Virus record (IMG/VR): IMGVR_UViG_3300030100_000622
DNA length: 31,073 bases
Strand: one strand, 5' to 3'
From: an uncultured virus (IMG/VR IMGVR_UViG_3300030100_000622)
Lineage: Duplodnaviria > Heunggongvirae > Uroviricota > Caudoviricetes
The position numbers and the translations under genes were made by a program. A model generated the notes under the pieces. That model made no database searches and was not told the DNA's origin. It worked only from the letters and a program-made list of their open reading frames with translations. Shown piece by piece: positions 27,217 to 31,073 of this stretch (position 1 is its first letter; each line of letters opens with the position of its first letter).

Positions 27217-27594
27217 TCACCTATGTAGTGGGTCTTCAGAATATCCCATTCTTTCATCTCTTTCATCAGTATCTTCATCTTTGGTTTCAACCATAGCAAG
27301 AACATGAAGGAAAGTTGGAACGCCTTTTTCCATTTGTTCTAAAATAGGATAGTTTTCATCTAACATTTTTTTATGTTCGGGAGTAATAGATTTACCTTTA
27401 TGTTCTCTTGCCGCAAGATAGAATATGTCCATCATATGTTCTGTATTCATAGGGTTAATTCTATTTTCGGGTTTTAGGACTTCTTCGCCTTCGACTTCAT
27501 CATAGTCTAATGAATCAATTTCTTCTCGAAGTTTTTTCTGCCATTCATCATCGGCAGTAAATTCTATTCCCTTAACAATATCTCTCCAAGACAT
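27217..27594 (-). CDS. W-tagged acidic hypothetical protein
   Basis: MSWRDIVKG; GAGGT RBS. Confidence 0.78.
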   Translation of the reverse strand: MSWRDIVKGIEFTADDEWQKKLREEIDSLDYDEVEGEEVLKPENRINPMNTEHMMDIFYLAAREHKGKSITPEHKKMLDENYPILEQMEKGVPTFLHVLAMVETKDEDTDERDERMGYSEDPLHR

Positions 27595-27680
27595 ATTTAT
27601 TACCTCGACATATTTCGTTGTCTTTCTTTAACCATTTCTTCATATATGTTTTTCATTGGGTAATATAAATCTATTTCTTC

Positions 27681-27962
27681 TCACCTAAAATTACTCAAGA
27701 AAATGCCAAGTGCTTTGAATCCTTCATCAAAATCCTTTTTTGCTTTTTCTTTATATTCTGAAATATCTTCTTTTTCTTGAAATTCATCTGCGAATCCACT
27801 ATGAAACGCCCAAAACCTTTCTTGTAATTCTTTATCTTTATACATCATCATATATGCTTCAGCAAGTATATCCATCACTTTATCAGCCTCTTTTGACATT
27901 GGACTGTGTATAATCTTAGTATATGGGTCTGATTGTTTTTTAATCTCATTTTGCCAATTCAT
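27681..27962 (-). CDS. W-tagged hypothetical protein
   Basis: MNWQNEIKK; AGGTGA RBS. Confidence 0.75.
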   Translation of the reverse strand: MNWQNEIKKQSDPYTKIIHSPMSKEADKVMDILAEAYMMMYKDKELQERFWAFHSGFADEFQEKEDISEYKEKAKKDFDEGFKALGIFLSNFR

Positions 27963-28066
27963 TTCTTCTCACCTGTAATCAAATCTTTCTTCTTCTCTTT
28001 TTCTGCTTTATCTAATTCCTTAGACTTAGCATCAAACCAAGTGTCAAGTAATGTGCATCTTGTCAT
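27959..28066 (-). CDS. 35-aa microprotein (not in ORF track)
   Basis: MTRCTLLDTWFDAKSKELDKAEKEKKKDLITGEKK; same GTGATTAATATGACA start context as two neighbours; ATGA overlap with the next gene. Confidence 0.6.
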   Translation of the reverse strand: MTRCTLLDTWFDAKSKELDKAEKEKKKDLITGEKK

Positions 28067-28071
28067 ATTAA

Positions 28072-28368
28072 TCACATAGTACCCATAGAATAATATCTAT
28101 CGCCTTGTGCTTCTCTTTCACGATACATAGCATCTTCCATAGGAGTGGCACCCTCATTTTCATATTTACCTGTATATCCAATATCAGTCAATAAATGAAA
28201 CTCTAATTCTTCAAAGGCTTTCTTTGATTCTCCAAAATCTAAATTATACTTTTTCATATATTCTTCTATCTTTTCTAATAGGGGCGAAATTATATCATAT
28301 TTTTCTTTTTCTTCATCTGTGGTTCCTTCTTGTCCATCTTCTTTCTTAATCATATTTTTCCATGTCAT
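28072..28368 (-). CDS. W-tagged acidic hypothetical protein
   Basis: Start MTWKNMIKK; GAGGTGA RBS. Confidence 0.75.
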   Translation of the reverse strand: MTWKNMIKKEDGQEGTTDEEKEKYDIISPLLEKIEEYMKKYNLDFGESKKAFEELEFHLLTDIGYTGKYENEGATPMEDAMYREREAQGDRYYSMGTM

Positions 28369-28373
28369 ATTAA

Positions 28374-28727
28374 TCACCTCTTAGATAGTTGCGCTAAACT
28401 TTTATCTTCTTTATTCAGTGCTTCATTTACTACTGCTCTAATTTTTTCAAAGGCATCTTCAATAGCGTCTTCTGTTCGGACATCACCGAGAATACTACCT
28501 CTTTGTTTAACATCATATTCTCTCATAAAAGCCGATTGTGCGCTTTGCATTAAATTTTCAATTTGGCCCTTAACCATTTGCTCTAATTTTACTATTCCAT
28601 CATACACTTCATCAAATGGATTTGCCCCTTCATCGAATTGAGGAATTGAATAAGAAGGTAACGCCCTCATTCTATCTTTATGTTCTTCACTTACTCTTTC
28701 TTTCTTAATCTCGTCTTTCCATGTCAT
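28374..28727 (-). CDS. W-tagged hypothetical protein
   Basis: Start MTWKDEIKK. Confidence 0.75.
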   Translation of the reverse strand: MTWKDEIKKERVSEEHKDRMRALPSYSIPQFDEGANPFDEVYDGIVKLEQMVKGQIENLMQSAQSAFMREYDVKQRGSILGDVRTEDAIEDAFEKIRAVVNEALNKEDKSLAQLSKR

Positions 28728-28732
28728 ATTAA

Positions 28733-29038
28733 TCACTCCCCCATTCTAATTTTAAGTTCGTCAAACTCTTTTAGTCTTAGTCCCAAAGCACTTATTACTG
28801 CTAATTTAGTAATAATGGTATCTTTATCCATAGAATCAAGTACTCCTACCGTATTACTTATTGCTTGTATTTGTTTCTCAGTTAATCTTAGTTTTCCCTC
28901 ATCATTATTATATACGGCATTTAGAAGTTCTATTGCAACATTGGGTTTGATTCCTCTAATACCACTAATTTGACTATTTAACATAGCCGTGTTATCATAG
29001 GGGTCAACATCTTTTCTTATTTCGTCTTTCCATGTCAT
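28733..29038 (-). CDS. W-tagged hypothetical protein (first gene of the array)
   Basis: Start MTWKDEIRK. Confidence 0.75.
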   Translation of the reverse strand: MTWKDEIRKDVDPYDNTAMLNSQISGIRGIKPNVAIELLNAVYNNDEGKLRLTEKQIQAISNTVGVLDSMDKDTIITKLAVISALGLRLKEFDELKIRMGE

Positions 29039-29184
29039 AATCATCAATTCCTGTTATTTGTCCATAATGAAGTAAAATTTCTCAAAAAATGTGGCGGAAT
29101 TTTTTTGGCACTTGCGCCCGGTTTTAATTTTTCTCATTTATATTCCCAGAATAAAAATCATATCATTTAATTATGTAGTTTTAT

Positions 29185-29421
29185 TTATTGTTTAAAATCA
29201 GTTAGTGAAGTTTGTCTGTATATTAGATTAATATATTCTGTTATTTTGGTTTTAGCATCTCTTAATTGTTTGGTAATCTTGTCTAATTTGCTATTGTCGG
29301 TATCGTCTATTTGCTGAGGTGACTTTCTTTTTTGCTTAATATCGTCTATCATTTCTTTAATGTATTTATTAATATCATTCAGTATCTCTAATGCCTCGTC
29401 ACCATTGGCCATATCAAACAA
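29185..29421 (-). CDS. Small helical-hairpin protein with C-terminal PIP-box-like motif
   Basis: 78 aa (start may be ATG 29412); ends RQTSLTDFKQ; TTTATA box at 29444-29449 upstream. Confidence 0.6.
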   Translation of the reverse strand: MFDMANGDEALEILNDINKYIKEMIDDIKQKRKSPQQIDDTDNSKLDKITKQLRDAKTKITEYINLIYRQTSLTDFKQ

Positions 29422-29547
29422 TAATGTCCAAAGTGGCCCATCATATAAATGCTGCGGCTAATCTCCATGATAATTAAAGCCGAAATCGCTAAACAAGAGC
29501 CTTTAGAACCTAATATTTGAATGAGAAGGTAAAATAAAAAATTTGAA

Positions 29548-29570
29548 CAAAGCCATATGGTTGTGCTTTG
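29548..29570. repeat. Palindromic element copy 1
   Basis: CAAAG-CCATATGGTT-GTG-CTTTG. Confidence 0.75.
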
Positions 29571-29606
29571 CAAAACCCTGTCTGAAACATAAAGCGGAGG
29601 ATAACT

Positions 29607-29933
29607 ATGGCACAAATTGATATTGATGCGGCTTATGCACTGATGAATAAAATACCATTCAAGAGAGGCAACACAGTAGTTACTCACACTGAATACCCCG
29701 AAGGAACGGCTTCTGAAATGCTATTACATGGCAATTTAATTGCATGGATTACACCAAGAAGCCAACAACTTTGGATTAGTCACAGTGGATTTATGACACG
29801 CACTACCAAGAACAGATTGAATGCCCTACCAAATGTTAACATCGTTCAACGCAACTATATGTGGTTTCTAAACGGTACTTATTGGGGTGGCACTTCTCAA
29901 TATATTGGTAACGGTATTCCGCAGGTATGGTGA
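29607..29933 (+). CDS. Conserved viral hypothetical protein (likely early gene)
   Basis: GGAGG RBS; motif NT.V...LHGNLIA...TRTTKNRLNAL...VQRNY.W, which I recall from phage hypothetical proteins. Confidence 0.8.
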   Translation: MAQIDIDAAYALMNKIPFKRGNTVVTHTEYPEGTASEMLLHGNLIAWITPRSQQLWISHSGFMTRTTKNRLNALPNVNIVQRNYMWFLNGTYWGGTSQYIGNGIPQVW

Positions 29934-30172
29934 TTAAAATGACACAAAGAAGAGATGAAAGAGTCCGTTGGCTTTTGAATTGGATAGATGAACAAGACGA
30001 TAAATGCCATGTTATTGTTGCTATGCGTTTTTCATGCGTCTTATACTTCAAAACTGAAGAAGATAAATCAGAGTACAATAAAGACAAATATTGGACTGCT
30101 ATAAGAATACTTGGCCATAAGCCCTATCCTCACTTGCCGGTTTGGAAGAAGGGCTGGAAGCCTAAAAAGTGA
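29927..30172 (+). CDS. Hypothetical protein
   Basis: 81 aa, coupled to the upstream gene; the real start may be ATG 29939 after GGTGA. Confidence 0.65.
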   Translation: MVIKMTQRRDERVRWLLNWIDEQDDKCHVIVAMRFSCVLYFKTEEDKSEYNKDKYWTAIRILGHKPYPHLPVWKKGWKPKK

Positions 30173-30179
30173 TATTCCA

Positions 30180-30281
30180 CCACTCACTGTAATAGAATCC
30201 TGTTCAAAGAGTTTGATACGGGTAATAGGTAATTTGGAAGCCTCTTAGGAAGGGGATTACTGAATCTATTACAGTGAGTGG
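30180..30281 (+). ncRNA. Structured element: 17-bp perfect stem closing two inner hairpins
   Basis: CCACTCACTGTAATAGA (30180-30196) / TCTATTACAGTGAGTGG (30265-30281); the inner helices use G-U pairs on the + strand. Confidence 0.5.
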
Positions 30282-30306
30282 CCCAATAGGGAGTTTATTT
30301 TATTGG

Positions 30307-30335
30307 CAAAGCCACACCATATGGTTTTATCTTTG
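30307..30335. repeat. Palindromic element copy 2
   Basis: CAAAG-CCACA-CCATATGGTT-TTAT-CTTTG. Confidence 0.75.
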
Positions 30336-30339
30336 TAAC

Positions 30340-30790
30340 AGTGAAACGAACCCTAATGGAACGCCCCGTACTCCATGCACCCGAATTACTACTATCACCA
30401 CTTGTTTCCCTACCTTTAAGCCATGGCTAATTGGTATTGTGTCCGGCTTAGACTTACAACGCGTGTTTCCGGTTTGTTCCACTATGGTTTTATGGCCACT
30501 AATCGCCATAGGAATATAATGGGTGGGAATCAGGACTGCGTACCTGAAATAGTGATGCGATTGACTCGCACTGACTTTGGGTTGCTCTTGTTCTTAAGAG
30601 CCACTATACCGATATTATCAACCACCTTGGCAGGGTGGCCCCTTTTGAGGCTTAATGACTTTCACACTTCCCATAACTTACTCATTAGAGCATCATTATG
30701 GGGTTGTGTCGCACCACACGAAATATCGTACCTTAACGCCAACCCGTAGCGTTATTCGGTCATTCCCTCCGGGGGTAATTACTCCCCGGC
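30340..30790 (-). ncRNA. Candidate large structured ncRNA (~450 nt)
   Basis: Raised GC, no credible ORF, >10 hairpins plus nested long-range helices; most G-U versus C-A asymmetries favour the minus strand. Confidence 0.5.
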
Positions 30791-30837
30791 AATAAAAACA
30801 GTGGTCGCAAATATAGGGTTGTAACATTACATTATCA

Positions 30838-30867
30838 CAAAGTTATTACAACCATATGGTTGCTTTG
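30838..30867. repeat. Palindromic element copy 3
   Basis: CAAAG-TTATTACAA-CCATATGGTT-G-CTTTG; contains the perfect 14-bp palindrome CAACCATATGGTTG. Confidence 0.75.
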
Positions 30868-30883
30868 TAATTTACTTGCCCCA

Positions 30884-30961
30884 TTAGTGGGGTTCCACGC
30901 ATCCAAATGATACACAGAACCCCACAGAATTACCACACTTAACACACATCAATACTCTCAT
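30884..30961 (-). CDS. 25-aa Cys-rich microprotein
   Basis: MRVLMCVKCGNSVGFCVSFGCVEPH; starts 2 nt after the upstream stop, with GGAGATGA upstream. Confidence 0.4.
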   Translation of the reverse strand: MRVLMCVKCGNSVGFCVSFGCVEPH

Positions 30962-30963
30962 TC

Positions 30964-31073
30964 TTAATCATCTCCAAATATTTCTGGTTTTACATCTGAA
31001 ACATCATAACACTTGATTTTGAAGCCCCCTAATGCTAAACTTACTAACTGCATGTTTAGCATAGTTTTCAAAT
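30964..31073 (-). CDS. 3' end of a gene entering from beyond the window
   Basis: Open frame ...LKTMLNMQLVSLALGGFKIKCYDVSDVKPEIFGDD-stop. Confidence 0.5.
   Translation of the reverse strand, partial: LKTMLNMQLVSLALGGFKIKCYDVSDVKPEIFGDD

Larger units (their letters stand above)
28061..28736 (-). repeat. Three exact 15-bp direct repeats at gene junctions (GTGATTAATATGACA)
   Basis: Plus-strand TGTCATATTAATCAC at 28061-28075, 28363-28377 and 28722-28736. Confidence 0.85.

Noticed and set aside
29388..30087. Minus-strand ORFs 29388-29687 and 29836-30087
   Set aside because: They overlap better-supported genes and regulatory sequence, and lack an RBS
30441..30450. GTCCGGCTTA resembling the RNase P RNA 3' conserved region
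   Set aside because: No GAGGAAAGTCC partner or preceding ACAGAA-like sequence, and it lies on the less favoured strand
30274..30749. ORFs 30274-30519, 30327-30509 and 30423-30749 as proteins
   Set aside because: Overlapping, atypical composition, no convincing RBS; the region is better explained by RNA structure
29548..30867. CRISPR array or tRNA genes
   Set aside because: The repeats are 500-750 nt apart with variable internal spacing; no cloverleaf or T-loop consensus found

Overview
An AT-rich fragment of a large tailed (Caudoviricetes) virus genome, most likely an archaeal virus of the magrovirus type infecting Marine Group II/Poseidoniales. That assignment is inferred from gene content, GGTGA/GAGGTG ribosome-binding sites and TATA-like boxes, not from a search. 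Bases 1-29047 form one tightly packed minus-strand head-morphogenesis region. It encodes an HK97-fold major capsid protein, a prohead protease-scaffold fusion, an extended ATP-dependent DNA ligase, a portal with Zn-ribbon inserts, a LAGLIDADG-domain protein, a terminase large subunit, a candidate small terminase and many unrelated hypothetical proteins. The standout observation is that 21 otherwise unrelated proteins start with the same ~8-residue tag (consensus M-[ST]-W-x-[DN]-I-[IL]-K). The same motif sits at the extreme C-terminus of the protease-scaffold (MDWNDIHKM) and of a small scaffold-like protein (MDWSEIHKM). This suggests a peptide-addressed capsid cargo-loading system, analogous to the T4 capsid-targeting sequence, with removal of the tag by cleavage after Lys. 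The right end (29048-31073) is mostly non-coding. It holds two plus-strand genes, three copies of a CAAAG..CCATATGGTT..CTTTG palindromic element, a 102-nt three-way-junction structure and a ~450-nt densely structured candidate ncRNA.
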